Source: a bacterium (GTDB lineage Bacteria; SM23-31). Taken from it: a DNA stretch of 64,000 bases. Position 1 is the stretch's first letter. Each line of letters opens with the position of its first letter. This document shows positions 31,352-41,576 of this stretch, piece after piece. Below the pieces are notes generated by a model, which made no database searches, was not told where the DNA came from, and worked only from the letters and a program-made list of their open reading frames with translations. The stretch spans positions 2,048,001 to 2,112,000 of the forward strand of contig OZ252239.1 of the NCBI GenBank assembly GCA_965249485.1, in the 5' to 3' direction. The translations under genes were made by a program, and so were the position numbers.

Positions 31352-32800
31352 ATGTCGACTCGACATATTTTTTGTACATTCATTACATTGTCCATGCTCT
31401 TGGGGCTGTTTGGTATTGCGACAGCCCAACCGATATCGGCAATGTCTGGTCAGGAAGAAGACGAACTGAAGGAATGGAATAATCAGATTCGCCGGGAAAA
31501 GTTTGACCTTGTTCTGCCTCATGCCATGAGAAAGAACAATATCGACATGTGGATCCATGTGTTGAGAATAGCAATTCCTGATGACTTTGGAGCAGAAGAA
31601 TTAGGCAGTACCTCCGGTGTTTTCGTATTCACGGATCATGGTGGTGACAGGATCGAACGCGCGGTTCTCGGACGTCGCTGGGGAACTACTCAGCGAGAAC
31701 GGGAAGATGGAGATATTGATTTTCTTGAAAGAAGTGGAGCATACGACATAATCCACGACCCGGTTTTTGTGAGAGAACCGGTGACAAGCCCGATGATAGA
31801 ATATGATTTCCGATTTAAGGGTCTCCGAGAGTTTGTTGAAGCACGTGATCCCAAACGCATTGCGGTAAATTATATGCACGATCTCGGGCAGTGGGAGACC
31901 TACACTGACTTTGGAGGTGCAAGAGATGGTATTTCATTTACCGACTACCACCTGTTGACCGAAGAACTCGGTGAAAAATATGCCAGCAGACTGGTTTCAT
32001 CTGAATATGTGATGATGGATTACACCATAGGAAAGGTGCCGAGCGAAATTCAGCTGCTCAAGAAATTAAGCAAGGACAGAGTTGAGCTTGTTAAGAAAGC
32101 TTTTAATGAATTTGTGCCGGGTGTCACTAAAACTCGTGGGTTGGGAGTAACGGTCTTCCGTCGTATGAGCACTGGACTGTCTCAAAGGGGAAGGAGTGCG
32201 GGCTGGGAAAACAGTGTGGTCCAGGGTGGCGACATCCTCGCATCACCAGGCGTTGGAATGTACGCCTATGTGCTCCGTGAAGGAGAGACTAAACCGCCTC
32301 CGGAAATCCAAAAACTCTGGGCAGAATATCTGAAAATCGATAAGGTCCTGGCTGAAACCATCAGGACTGGATTTACTTCCCGTGAGATAATTCCAATCTA
32401 TAAAAGGAAATTCGAGGAGGCAGGGATTATTATCAGGGAGCTCCAATTGCATATGGCTATCCCAAGGAATAATTTTCCTGTTTATTCCGCAGGTTTTGAT
32501 CCTGAAAAAACGCACCTTAGTGTTGACGCTCATGGCATGATGAAAGGAGCGCGAGAGAGGCCGAACGAGAATTATCTTGGCCCCAGGATTAGTTCTTATG
32601 GTCCGAGTTGGACGAAAGATATACAACTCCCTCCCGTTTACCATTTTGTTTTAGAATATTTTTTCTATGTACCGTCGCCAACATCCAACAAAAATGAAGA
32701 CCAATATCTACTCTGGTGGGATCACGAACAGGTGATTGCCACCGAAAATGGAGTTGAGTATTTAACTCCACCGCAAAAGGAGCTTATTCTCATAAAATAA
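31352..32800 (+). CDS. Secreted M24-like protein, paralog 2
   Basis: Mature part closely resembles paralog 1 (VTVFRRMSTGLSQRGRSAGWENSVVQGGDIL identical). Confidence 0.8.
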   Translation: MSTRHIFCTFITLSMLLGLFGIATAQPISAMSGQEEDELKEWNNQIRREKFDLVLPHAMRKNNIDMWIHVLRIAIPDDFGAEELGSTSGVFVFTDHGGDRIERAVLGRRWGTTQREREDGDIDFLERSGAYDIIHDPVFVREPVTSPMIEYDFRFKGLREFVEARDPKRIAVNYMHDLGQWETYTDFGGARDGISFTDYHLLTEELGEKYASRLVSSEYVMMDYTIGKVPSEIQLLKKLSKDRVELVKKAFNEFVPGVTKTRGLGVTVFRRMSTGLSQRGRSAGWENSVVQGGDILASPGVGMYAYVLREGETKPPPEIQKLWAEYLKIDKVLAETIRTGFTSREIIPIYKRKFEEAGIIIRELQLHMAIPRNNFPVYSAGFDPEKTHLSVDAHGMMKGARERPNENYLGPRISSYGPSWTKDIQLPPVYHFVLEYFFYVPSPTSNKNEDQYLLWWDHEQVIATENGVEYLTPPQKELILIK

Positions 32801-32842
32801 GTTCCACCAAACACAATCGTCGCTTAATGAAGGGGACATCTG
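32801..32842 (+). repeat. Duplicated intergenic spacer, copy 2
   Basis: 42 nt; 35/42 identical to 31310..31351. Confidence 0.9.
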
Positions 32843-34270
32843 ATGTTGACTCGTCACAGTTTTTGTGTGATCCTTACACTGTCTATGTTTTTGGGGCTGA
32901 GCATTTCTGCAGAAGCTCAATCCATATTGACAATTCTTAATCAGCAGGAGCTGGAAAAGCTCAGCATAGAGGAACTGACGAATTATAATCGCCGGGAAAA
33001 GTTTGACCTCATTCTGCCCCAGGCCATGCGGGAGCATAACATAGACATGTGGATTCATGTGATGAGAGAGGGGGGTGCTTATTCCTTTGATGATGTCGCT
33101 TATGGTTTCTATAGAGAACTTGGCGGCACCTCCGGTGTATTTATATTTACGGACCGTGGTGGCGATCGAATCGAACGGGCTGTTCTCGGACGTCGATGGA
33201 GAGGTAGAAATTCGGATTCAATTAAGGAGAGTGGAGCCTACGACATAATCGGCGAAGCATTTTCCCGGAGAGAATTGCCGAATCCGGAAACCGAATATGA
33301 TTACCGTTTTGAAGGCATTGGGAAGTTTGTGGCGGAACGGGATCCAAGGCGCATTGCGGTCAATTACCTGGATGAGCTGGGGCCGACTGTAGCGGCAGAC
33401 GGAAACGACGGCATTTCGCATTCTGATTACAACCTGTTGGTCAAAACTTTAGGTGAAAAATATGCAAAAAGGCTGGTATCTTCCGAATATCTTGAGATCA
33501 GTTATATATCCAGGCCTGTGCCAAGCGAAATAGTCATGTTGAAGAGAATACGTGACTGGATCGCGGAGTCTCAAGAGAGGGCTTTTGCCAAAATCGTGCC
33601 GGGTGTAACCAAAGTGAGTGATCTTGAGGGGGAAATCAGCCTTATGCCAGGAAGGAATGGACTCGATGATGATTATGTACTCAAGAGAGGTGACTTCTTT
33701 ATCATAGACCAGGGCGCTGAGGCAGAGTATGACTTGCGACAAGTGGGTTCCCGCTGGAGATTTGGGAACTTCTTTGAACTTGTGGTGCAATATGGCTATG
33801 TTCTCCGTGAAGGAGAGACGGATGTGCCCCCGGAAATTGAAAAAATCTGGGAAGATGCGATGTTAATCCGTCAAATAACTGCAGATAATATCAAGATCGG
33901 TCGTACCGGTCGTGAAACATTTGAAATTATAACTCAGAAGCTCACGGAAGCCGGGATAAACGTGAATTCCATCCAAAGATTTCGCGAAGATCTGGATCCC
34001 GAAAAAACCCAGGTTTCAATCGACTTACACGCCTTGGGAAAAGGAAGGAATGCCCCCAGGATTGGTTCTATTGGTCCGGCTTGGGAACATGAGATTCCAC
34101 TCCCGCTCTATCACCATTTTATGATGGAATTTTTTATGTACAGGGCTTCGCCTTCAAAACTATACGGCGAGAATCAAATCAATTTATGGTTTCATGACGG
34201 TGCGATTGTAACAGAACGGGGAGTCGAGTTTTTATCTCCACCACCTACAGAGATTCGTCTCATTCGCTAA
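32843..34270 (+). CDS. Secreted M24-like protein, paralog 3
   Basis: REKFDLILPQAMR, RDPRRIAVN, IDLHALG, MMEFF, ERGVEFLSPP. Confidence 0.8.
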   Translation: MLTRHSFCVILTLSMFLGLSISAEAQSILTILNQQELEKLSIEELTNYNRREKFDLILPQAMREHNIDMWIHVMREGGAYSFDDVAYGFYRELGGTSGVFIFTDRGGDRIERAVLGRRWRGRNSDSIKESGAYDIIGEAFSRRELPNPETEYDYRFEGIGKFVAERDPRRIAVNYLDELGPTVAADGNDGISHSDYNLLVKTLGEKYAKRLVSSEYLEISYISRPVPSEIVMLKRIRDWIAESQERAFAKIVPGVTKVSDLEGEISLMPGRNGLDDDYVLKRGDFFIIDQGAEAEYDLRQVGSRWRFGNFFELVVQYGYVLREGETDVPPEIEKIWEDAMLIRQITADNIKIGRTGRETFEIITQKLTEAGINVNSIQRFREDLDPEKTQVSIDLHALGKGRNAPRIGSIGPAWEHEIPLPLYHHFMMEFFMYRASPSKLYGENQINLWFHDGAIVTERGVEFLSPPPTEIRLIR

Positions 34271-34435
34271 TGTAAGACTCTGCAGAAGTTTACTTTTAGA
34301 ATAGTAATTCTATGTCTGCAAATTACTCGAATATATCCTCCGCTCAAAACATAATGTGAAAGCGCTTTTTTCCCCTGATTGAAAAGGAATATAATTTGAC
34401 GCATCTATTCCCACCACAAACTATATATTTCGGTT

Positions 34436-37162
34436 TTATTTGTCGTACCAGTAGTCTGGAATAATAAGTGCTTTGTCCGATAACCGGATACCATTAACCG
34501 TAAGGACCACAGTGTATTCCCCCGGTTGCACAGGCCCGGTCACAACATAATTGGGATCATTATACTGTTTAGGATCAGCGCTATCCGTAGAATCATACAA
34601 CGGAATTGTTTCTTCGCGTGATCCCCTATTGTTATTTTCCGCAATCCACCGCTCTTTTTCCGGTTCGGACCGCTCCCGCCCTGATATCATAGCCCATTCT
34701 GCGCTATGAAGTCCTGCGCCCTCAGTACCTGTCATATGGTATATCCGGCGACTCCCTTTGAATATTTCTATCAATACGTCTGTTTCAGCAACTTCTCTCA
34801 AATAATAATTAACGACAACGCCATGCTTTTCATTTTCTCCGTAGTAATTCTGACTTGCCTGAACAGTTACTCTCGGTATTATCCATTGTACTTTCGGTTC
34901 GATCCCGAAGAGGTATACGTCGCGAGCGAGGACATCCGTATTAAGTTCTTGAAGCGGCGAAATATCGGTAATAAAGAATCCTCTACCGTGAGTTCCTACC
35001 ACAAGATCGTTCTCACGAGGATGAATGACGAGGTCATGTACAGGTTGAGTCGGCATATTGTTTTTCATTTTTACCCAATTCTTGCCGCTGTCCATGGTAA
35101 CGTAAACAGCTTTATCTGTTCCTAAAAAAAGCAGATTAGGATTTTTACGGTCTTCCTTGATGACATTGACCGATTCTTCAGGTAGATTGCTTACTATCGA
35201 TTCCCAATTATTTCCAAAGTCGGTCGTTTTGTACACGAATGCCCGAAAATCGTCCCGGCGGCGGCCAGTGAAGGTTACGTATGCTGTTCCCACGTTATGA
35301 TTTGATGCAGTCACTCTGCTGACATAATATTCCGGATTGCCGGGAATCCGATCGTTTAATTGTGTCCAATTATTCCCACCGTCGGTCGTGAGTTGAACAT
35401 TTCCGTCGTCCGTACCGACCCATATTATCCCAATATTCACTGGAGATTCATCGATGGTTGTTATCGTACAATACATTGGACCGCCTGACACTCCTAACTT
35501 TTCAGGATCGTTCGTTGTCAGATCAGGACTTATTTTATACCAGTTTTCACCTCGGAAATCAGAGCGCATCAGGAAATTCGATCCATGGTAAATCACGTCG
35601 CTGTTATGTGGGGATATCACTATAGGTGTATTCCAATTAAGCCGAATTTCGTCTTCACCCTTTTTCACACTGTATGGGAGCCATTTCCTTTTTCCTGTTT
35701 TCAGGTCTACACGCTGAATCTCACCCCACTGAGATTCGTTATAAAGGTACCTGTTTGTTACAGGATCTATCTGATGATAAAAGCCGTCACCGCCCACGAC
35801 ATGTTCCCAGTCCTCCAATCGTATCGGTAATCGTCCCTTTTTTGTACTTGGCCCCTTCCAACCACCGTTGTCTTGTGTACCTCCATATACATTGTAGGGA
35901 TACGACATGTCGACTCCCACAGCATACAGGTATGCCAGAGGGAGATTGTCGGGATGATACCAGTTCGTTCCTCTGTCATAGGTAATGGAAAATCCGAAAT
36001 CATACCCAAGAAGCAAATGCCGGGAGTCATTAGGATCTATCCATAGAGCATGGTTATCACCGCCCCACGTCCATGCCCTTTCCCAGGATTTTCCACCGTC
36101 GAGAGATTCCTGGACAATAGTGCTCAACAGATACAAATGATTATCATCATTCGGATCTATCCGAATCTGACCGTAATAGGAGCCACCTTGAGGCGGAGCA
36201 TCATCCATACTGACCTGGCTCCATGATCCGCCACCGTCATCGGTGCGATAGATGGTGCATAAACTCGTGTTATCATACCGTCCACGTGATATTTTTCCTT
36301 CGAGAATGGCTGCATAGAGAATATTCGGATCACTCTGGTATAGATCGAGACCTATTCTGCCAAGTTTCCCTTCAGGGAGTCCATCTGTCAGCTTTTTCCA
36401 TGTGTTGCCTGCGTCGGTCGTTTTGAAGATGTCGCTGCCGGTACCACTCTGAATGTACTTCCATGGTAGACGCTGTTTATCCCATGTGGCAGCATAGAGT
36501 GTATTCGGATCTTCGACATCCATTACTACGTCAATCACGCCAATGTCCCTGCCGTCTTCTGTAACAGAAAGCGATTTTGTCCATGATCTCCCACCGTCAA
36601 TTGTCTTATACAGTCCCCGCTCAGGATTTTCGGAGAAAAAATGTCCGAGTGCGGCAACATAGATTATGTCAGGATTGTCCGGATGAATAATTATTCCTCC
36701 GGTATATTGGGATTCTGTAAGACCCATATGGTCCCATGATTTACCGCCGTTTACGGATTTGTACACACCGTTTCCCCAGTAGGATATTCCGGGATCGGTA
36801 TCGCTATTATTAGGTTCCCCGGTGCCGACCCAGATTATTTCCGGATCAGATGGTGCAACTGCAACAGAACCCAGTGCAATGACATTCTCATTGTCGAAAA
36901 CAGGCTTGAATGACTGTCCGTTATTCACCGTTTTCCACAATCCGCCGGTAGCCGTTGCAGCATAAAACACATACGGCTGCTGACGGGGAACTGCGAAATC
37001 GACTGTTCTACCGCCTTGCCTGGTCGGCCCGATCGAACGGTAGTGAAATGTTTTAATGATTTCTTTTGGGATTGGCTGACCATACATCGTATGAACAAAA
37101 AAAAGAGGAGCAAGTATTATTGTAAGAGACCAATAGGCAAAAACAGTATCTTTTTTCATCAC
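34436..37162 (-). CDS. Secreted VPS10/BNR (Asp-box) beta-propeller, glycosyl hydrolase-like
   Basis: RSIGP..GGR, repeated KT.DGG.SW Asp-boxes, GTQDNG, GDGF, GTHGRG. Confidence 0.85.
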   Translation of the reverse strand: MMKKDTVFAYWSLTIILAPLFFVHTMYGQPIPKEIIKTFHYRSIGPTRQGGRTVDFAVPRQQPYVFYAATATGGLWKTVNNGQSFKPVFDNENVIALGSVAVAPSDPEIIWVGTGEPNNSDTDPGISYWGNGVYKSVNGGKSWDHMGLTESQYTGGIIIHPDNPDIIYVAALGHFFSENPERGLYKTIDGGRSWTKSLSVTEDGRDIGVIDVVMDVEDPNTLYAATWDKQRLPWKYIQSGTGSDIFKTTDAGNTWKKLTDGLPEGKLGRIGLDLYQSDPNILYAAILEGKISRGRYDNTSLCTIYRTDDGGGSWSQVSMDDAPPQGGSYYGQIRIDPNDDNHLYLLSTIVQESLDGGKSWERAWTWGGDNHALWIDPNDSRHLLLGYDFGFSITYDRGTNWYHPDNLPLAYLYAVGVDMSYPYNVYGGTQDNGGWKGPSTKKGRLPIRLEDWEHVVGGDGFYHQIDPVTNRYLYNESQWGEIQRVDLKTGKRKWLPYSVKKGEDEIRLNWNTPIVISPHNSDVIYHGSNFLMRSDFRGENWYKISPDLTTNDPEKLGVSGGPMYCTITTIDESPVNIGIIWVGTDDGNVQLTTDGGNNWTQLNDRIPGNPEYYVSRVTASNHNVGTAYVTFTGRRRDDFRAFVYKTTDFGNNWESIVSNLPEESVNVIKEDRKNPNLLFLGTDKAVYVTMDSGKNWVKMKNNMPTQPVHDLVIHPRENDLVVGTHGRGFFITDISPLQELNTDVLARDVYLFGIEPKVQWIIPRVTVQASQNYYGENEKHGVVVNYYLREVAETDVLIEIFKGSRRIYHMTGTEGAGLHSAEWAMISGRERSEPEKERWIAENNNRGSREETIPLYDSTDSADPKQYNDPNYVVTGPVQPGEYTVVLTVNGIRLSDKALIIPDYWYDK

Positions 37163-37524
37163 TACTCCTCGTTTATTTGATTATTGCTTTGTAGTAATGT
37201 AAAGTCATAATTAGAATATTACAAAGTTATTTTGATGAAGGTGAAAATTCATGATGTGCCATTTCGTTCTGGGAAGCATACAACACGATTATGGCCCATC
37301 TTGAAGTTAGATCGAGGGGATTTACGGTTTTTCCAGGCTAGGTTTAAAAGATTCAATAGAATATTAATAAAAAAGACGAAATGTGCATTGATGTGGTTTT
37401 GGTCACTTTTCATACAGATATAGTCCGTTATAGCTGTCAGAACGTCTTTTTATTATTTTAACGTATTTCTAATCCGTATATCGAATCAAAAAATGCAAAT
37501 ACTATTATTAAGATCACATTTATC

Positions 37525-37553
37525 TTGACTATTGGTTTATATTGTATTAATTT
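37525..37553 (+). promoter_or_regulatory. Putative sigma-70 promoter of mntR-feoAB
   Basis: TTGACT-N17-TAATTT. Confidence 0.55.
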
Positions 37554-37557
37554 GATT

Positions 37558-37573
37558 TTTAGACAAGGCTAAA
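37558..37573 (+). promoter_or_regulatory. Putative DtxR/MntR-family operator
   Basis: Palindrome TTTAG-ACAAGG-CTAAA between the -10 box and the RBS. Confidence 0.65.
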
Positions 37574-37593
37574 TATCTAATTAGAGGATAAAA

Positions 37594-38274
37594 ATGCTCA
37601 GTCAAGCCGCAGAAGATTATATAAAGGCAATTTATAAGCTTCAGTCGAAAGGGACTGTTACAACCAACGAAATTGCACGAGCAATAGATGTGTCATCAGC
37701 ATCAGTCACCAATATGCTCAAGCGTCTTGCGGATATGAAATTACTGGATTATACTTCCTATAAAGGGGTAACACTTTCTAACGCAGGAGAAAAGATCGCC
37801 CTTGAAGTACTCAGGCATCATAGGCTCATTGAGTTATATTTAAGCGAGGTTATGGGTTATTCATGGGATGAAGTTCATGACGAGGCTGAGCGTCTCGAGC
37901 ACCATATTTCAGAAATGTTCGAAGATAAGATTTATAAAATGCTTGGGTATCCGGAATTTGATCCGCATGGTGATCCGATTCCGGGTAAAGACGGCAGTAT
38001 TGAGGACTTCAGATTTTCTCCGTTGTCCAAGATCGAGCCAGGAAACAAAGTAACAATCAAGAGAGTTTCCGATAAAAATCCCGAAATGCTCCGCTATTTG
38101 ACAGAGATCGGTTTGGTTTTAGAAATAACTATGGAAGTACTCGATAAAGCTCCGTTTGAGGGGCCTCTGACTGTGAAGATTGGTGACAAAGAACAAATGG
38201 TCTGGCGTGAAGTTGCGAAAAATGTTTATGTCGCACCAGTTAATCATGAAGCGGATAAGAAACCTAGCGAATAA
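37594..38274 (+). CDS. mntR: DtxR/MntR family metal-dependent repressor with FeoA-like domain
   Basis: EDYIKAIY, SVTNMLKRL, RHHRLIE, EAERLEH, DPHGDPIP. Confidence 0.92.
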   Translation: MLSQAAEDYIKAIYKLQSKGTVTTNEIARAIDVSSASVTNMLKRLADMKLLDYTSYKGVTLSNAGEKIALEVLRHHRLIELYLSEVMGYSWDEVHDEAERLEHHISEMFEDKIYKMLGYPEFDPHGDPIPGKDGSIEDFRFSPLSKIEPGNKVTIKRVSDKNPEMLRYLTEIGLVLEITMEVLDKAPFEGPLTVKIGDKEQMVWREVAKNVYVAPVNHEADKKPSE

Positions 38275-38323
38275 TTACTCTTGGTTTTTCCACAATGAAA
38301 TAGAACAATTACAGGTCGTGATC

Positions 38324-38569
38324 GTGTCTGAAGAAAATGAGACAGTGACGTTGGGATCTTTAAAGCCGGGTGAAAATGGAATCATTAAATCGCTTCGGTG
38401 TATAGGACTAATCCGCCGACGTTTTCTGGATATAGGTCTTATACCTGGTACGGAAGTAAAGGCAGTACTGGAAAGTTTCGGTGGTGATCCGGTTGCCTAT
38501 CGTATTAAAGATACGCATATCGCTATTCGTAAAAAGGATGCAGAAAGCATAATTATTGAAAGGGTGTAA
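38324..38569 (+). CDS. feoA: Ferrous iron transport protein A (start uncertain)
   Basis: RRRFLDIGLIPGT, GDPVAY, IAIRK. Confidence 0.9.
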   Translation: MSEENETVTLGSLKPGENGIIKSLRCIGLIRRRFLDIGLIPGTEVKAVLESFGGDPVAYRIKDTHIAIRKKDAESIIIERV

Positions 38570-38595
38570 CTATTGGGAAGCAGGAATAATTAAGT

Positions 38596-39405
38596 ATGAG
38601 TGAAATCGGATGTTCGACACAATCGTGCGCTTTACATGGAGTACTGCAGCGCCAGAATATTAACATGCAGTCATTTGATTACCTGGTTGCACTTGCGGGT
38701 AATCCTAATACGGGTAAGAGTACGGTTTTTAATGCTATCACTGGTCTGCGGCAGCATACTGGAAACTGGCCCGGCAAGACAGTGATACGTGCTGAAGGTA
38801 TGTTTGAGTACAACAAAAACCGATACAAACTTATCGATTTGCCAGGGACCTATTCACTGTTATCTATGTCACAGGAAGAGGAAGTTGCAAACGACTTTCT
38901 GCTGCTGAGCAGACCCGATGTAACGGTTGTTGTAGTAGATGCTACCCACCTTGAACGAAACTTGAACCTTGTTCTCCAAATTCTTGAGATTACTGACAAA
39001 GTGGTGATCTGCCTCAATCTAATCGATGAAGCATCAAGAAAATGTGTAATCATCGACGAAAACCAACTGCAGGCGGATCTGGGTGTTCCGGTAGTGCCGA
39101 CCTCAGCAATTTATAAAAAAGGGCTTGGAAAACTAATCGAATCGGTTGCAGGCGTAGCTGAAGAAACGATAACAACGACTCCTTACAGAATCAATAACAT
39201 CGACAATGTTGAAGGTGCACTCGATGAGCTGATTCCACACATTGAAACACTGTTTCCCGATATTATTAATCCCCGCTGGGTTGCACTCCGTTTGTTAGAA
39301 GGTGATGACGCGGTCATTAATAAGCTACAAACGAGCATTACCGATGAAAATATGCACAATGGAACTAAAACCAGACATTTACAGGAACAAGTTGCCGCTT
39401 CCTGA
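38596..39405 (+). CDS. feoB: FeoB N-terminal GTPase (split FeoB)
   Basis: GNPNTGKS, GNWPGKTV, DLPGTYSL, NLIDE, PTSA. Confidence 0.9.
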   Translation: MSEIGCSTQSCALHGVLQRQNINMQSFDYLVALAGNPNTGKSTVFNAITGLRQHTGNWPGKTVIRAEGMFEYNKNRYKLIDLPGTYSLLSMSQEEEVANDFLLLSRPDVTVVVVDATHLERNLNLVLQILEITDKVVICLNLIDEASRKCVIIDENQLQADLGVPVVPTSAIYKKGLGKLIESVAGVAEETITTTPYRINNIDNVEGALDELIPHIETLFPDIINPRWVALRLLEGDDAVINKLQTSITDENMHNGTKTRHLQEQVAAS

Positions 39406-39410
39406 TTAGT

Positions 39411-40823
39411 ATGAAATCAAAATCAGAACATACAATCGATCCCAGGATCGATAAACTTCTTGAAAAAGCCAAGTCGGTCAGAAGTAAAGTTGGCGACTCG
39501 GTGCATGATAGTGTAATGGATGCTGTTTACACTGACGCTGCTGCAATAGCAGGCAGGGCGGTGCAGATTAAAAATAAGAATATTCATGCCTTTGATTATG
39601 CGATTGATAGAATTTTGACTTCAAAAATCTGGTCGATTCCTATTATGGTGTTTTTGCTGGCTGTCGTGTTCTGGTTGACGATTCAGGGGGCGAATTATCC
39701 TTCTGCATTACTTGCAGACTTGATGTTTGCTTTTGAAGATTTGTTGGAATCTGCCTTCACTGCTATGGGAGCGCCCTGGTGGTTTACAGGATTTTTTGTC
39801 CACGGTGTTTACCGAGCACTTGCATGGGTTATATCGGTCATGTTACCACCAATGGCAATATTTTTTCCTTGTTTTACACTTCTGGAAGATATCGGTTATC
39901 TTCCCCGTGTTGCGTTTAATACTGATAAATTTTTCCAGAAAGTCGGTGCCTCCGGAAAACAGGCACTCACGATGAGTATGGGATTCGGCTGTAATGCTGC
40001 AGGTGTCATTGCTGCACGAATAATCGACTCGCCTCGTGAACGGCTCATCGCAATCATATCGAACAATTTTGTTCCCTGTAATGGCCGTTGGCCGACGCTC
40101 ATTATGCTTGCGACGATATTTATTGCAGCGACCTTCCCCGCTCAGTTCGGATCAATTGCAGCGGCATCGTCATTAGTTGCGGTAACACTCTTCGGAATAG
40201 CGGTAACACTGGTAGTATCTGCCATCTTGACAAAAACAGTGCTCAAAGGAGAAGCATCTAGCTATGTGCTTGAGCTTCCGCCATATCGAAGACCGCAGGT
40301 CTTACGGGTTCTCTATACTTCCCTCATTGACCGGACAATTTTTGTGTTGTGGAGAGCAATTCTTATGGCAGCACCGTGCGGAGGAGTTGCCTGGCTGCTC
40401 GGTAATATTACTATTGGTGACGCAAACATGATGAGCCATCTGGCAGGTTCGCTCAATCCGGTTGGTTATGCAATCGGACTCGATGGGGTAATTCTGCTTG
40501 CATATATCATAGCTATACCGGCAAACGAAATTGTCGTACCGACAATTCTCATGGCATACATGAATATGGATCGGATGATCGATGTTCAGAATATGGATCA
40601 GCTCAGAGATTTACTCGTTATTGATAACGGCTGGACAATCTTGACAGCAGTGTGCCTGATGCTTTTTTCACTTCTGCACAATCCCTGTTCAACAACAATC
40701 TTTACCATCTACAAAGAGACAAACAGTGTAAAATGGACAACGGTTGCTTCAATTATGCCGCTCGTCATCGCCTTTCTAGTCTGCTTTGTCGTTGCACAAT
40801 TGGGTAGATTGTTATTCTTCTAA
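39411..40823 (+). CDS. feoB: FeoB membrane (gate) domain (split FeoB)
   Basis: LEDIGYLPR, GFGCN, VPCNGR, ELPPYR, ANEIV, HNPC. Confidence 0.9.
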   Translation: MKSKSEHTIDPRIDKLLEKAKSVRSKVGDSVHDSVMDAVYTDAAAIAGRAVQIKNKNIHAFDYAIDRILTSKIWSIPIMVFLLAVVFWLTIQGANYPSALLADLMFAFEDLLESAFTAMGAPWWFTGFFVHGVYRALAWVISVMLPPMAIFFPCFTLLEDIGYLPRVAFNTDKFFQKVGASGKQALTMSMGFGCNAAGVIAARIIDSPRERLIAIISNNFVPCNGRWPTLIMLATIFIAATFPAQFGSIAAASSLVAVTLFGIAVTLVVSAILTKTVLKGEASSYVLELPPYRRPQVLRVLYTSLIDRTIFVLWRAILMAAPCGGVAWLLGNITIGDANMMSHLAGSLNPVGYAIGLDGVILLAYIIAIPANEIVVPTILMAYMNMDRMIDVQNMDQLRDLLVIDNGWTILTAVCLMLFSLLHNPCSTTIFTIYKETNSVKWTTVASIMPLVIAFLVCFVVAQLGRLLFF

Positions 40824-40899
40824 AAGCCCAGTGCTGACCAAAAAAATCTTGTTTATATCCCGGAAAAATCCGATATTCTAAGAGTTTTTTAACATTTTT

Positions 40900-40973
40900 G
40901 GGGCAGTAGCTCAGTTTGGGAGAGCGCATCCCTCGCACGGATGAGGTCGTCGGTTCGATCCCGATCTGCTCCA
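40900..40973 (+). tRNA. tRNA-Ala(CGC)
   Basis: Acceptor GGGGCAG/CTGCTCC with G3:U70, anticodon arm CATCC-CTCGCAC-GGATG, GTTCGATC; CCA not encoded. Confidence 0.95.
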
Positions 40974-41312
40974 CTGCTGTATTTACACAATTGTTGGGTG
41001 TGTTTCACCAAAATCCTGCCAATATTCACTGGTCGTGCTTTCTTGACACAGCCCTGGCCAGTCTAAGGTTGGGGCATTCTATTTTCGGAAGGGCAGAAAG
41101 GTATTTTCCGACTTTCAGCCGGTTTTAGCATCGCGGACCTGTTTTTGTCGTCTTCCATGCGTGTTTTGATGTCGTCCATTACTTTTGTCTATTGCACAGA
41201 GCTGATAGGAATATTAATCAGCTGGGGGCAGTGGTACAGGTTCTTGAACATATCCTGATCGAACAAAAAAGTATCTCATCTTTCAATGGGGAGCTTTTTT
41301 GGTTCAGTCTTT

Positions 41313-41576
41313 TTAATTTTTCTCTTTAATATAGAGTACCGAATTTTGGACATTGACATCAAGACTCTCATTGTATATTCCTCTTTTCACATCTACAATT
41401 CTCACATCAAATGTCTCCGAAAAGCCTCGAAATGCTCTACTGTGCACATTTACAACATTCACATCAATTGTCTCCGGTTTTTCTGGTGTCGAGCCAACAA
41501 ATAAATAAAATATCATTGCCATTGCTATAATAGTCAGCATAATGTTTTGCCAGACTTGAAGAATATTTTCCTTCAT
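41313..41576 (-). CDS. Small hypothetical membrane-anchored protein
   Basis: Strong AAGGAGGT RBS, N-terminal TM, repeated DV(N/R)(V/I) motif. Confidence 0.65.
   Translation of the reverse strand: MKENILQVWQNIMLTIIAMAMIFYLFVGSTPEKPETIDVNVVNVHSRAFRGFSETFDVRIVDVKRGIYNESLDVNVQNSVLYIKEKN

Noticed and set aside
29900..34270. CRISPR, integron or DGR explanation for the repeats
   Set aside because: The repeats are coding paralogy; no regular repeat-spacer array, attC sites, reverse transcriptase or adenine-specific variation was seen.
40980..41280. Integrase or prophage remnant after tRNA-Ala
   Set aside because: No recombinase motifs in the frames read, and no duplicated tRNA 3' end (att site) was found.
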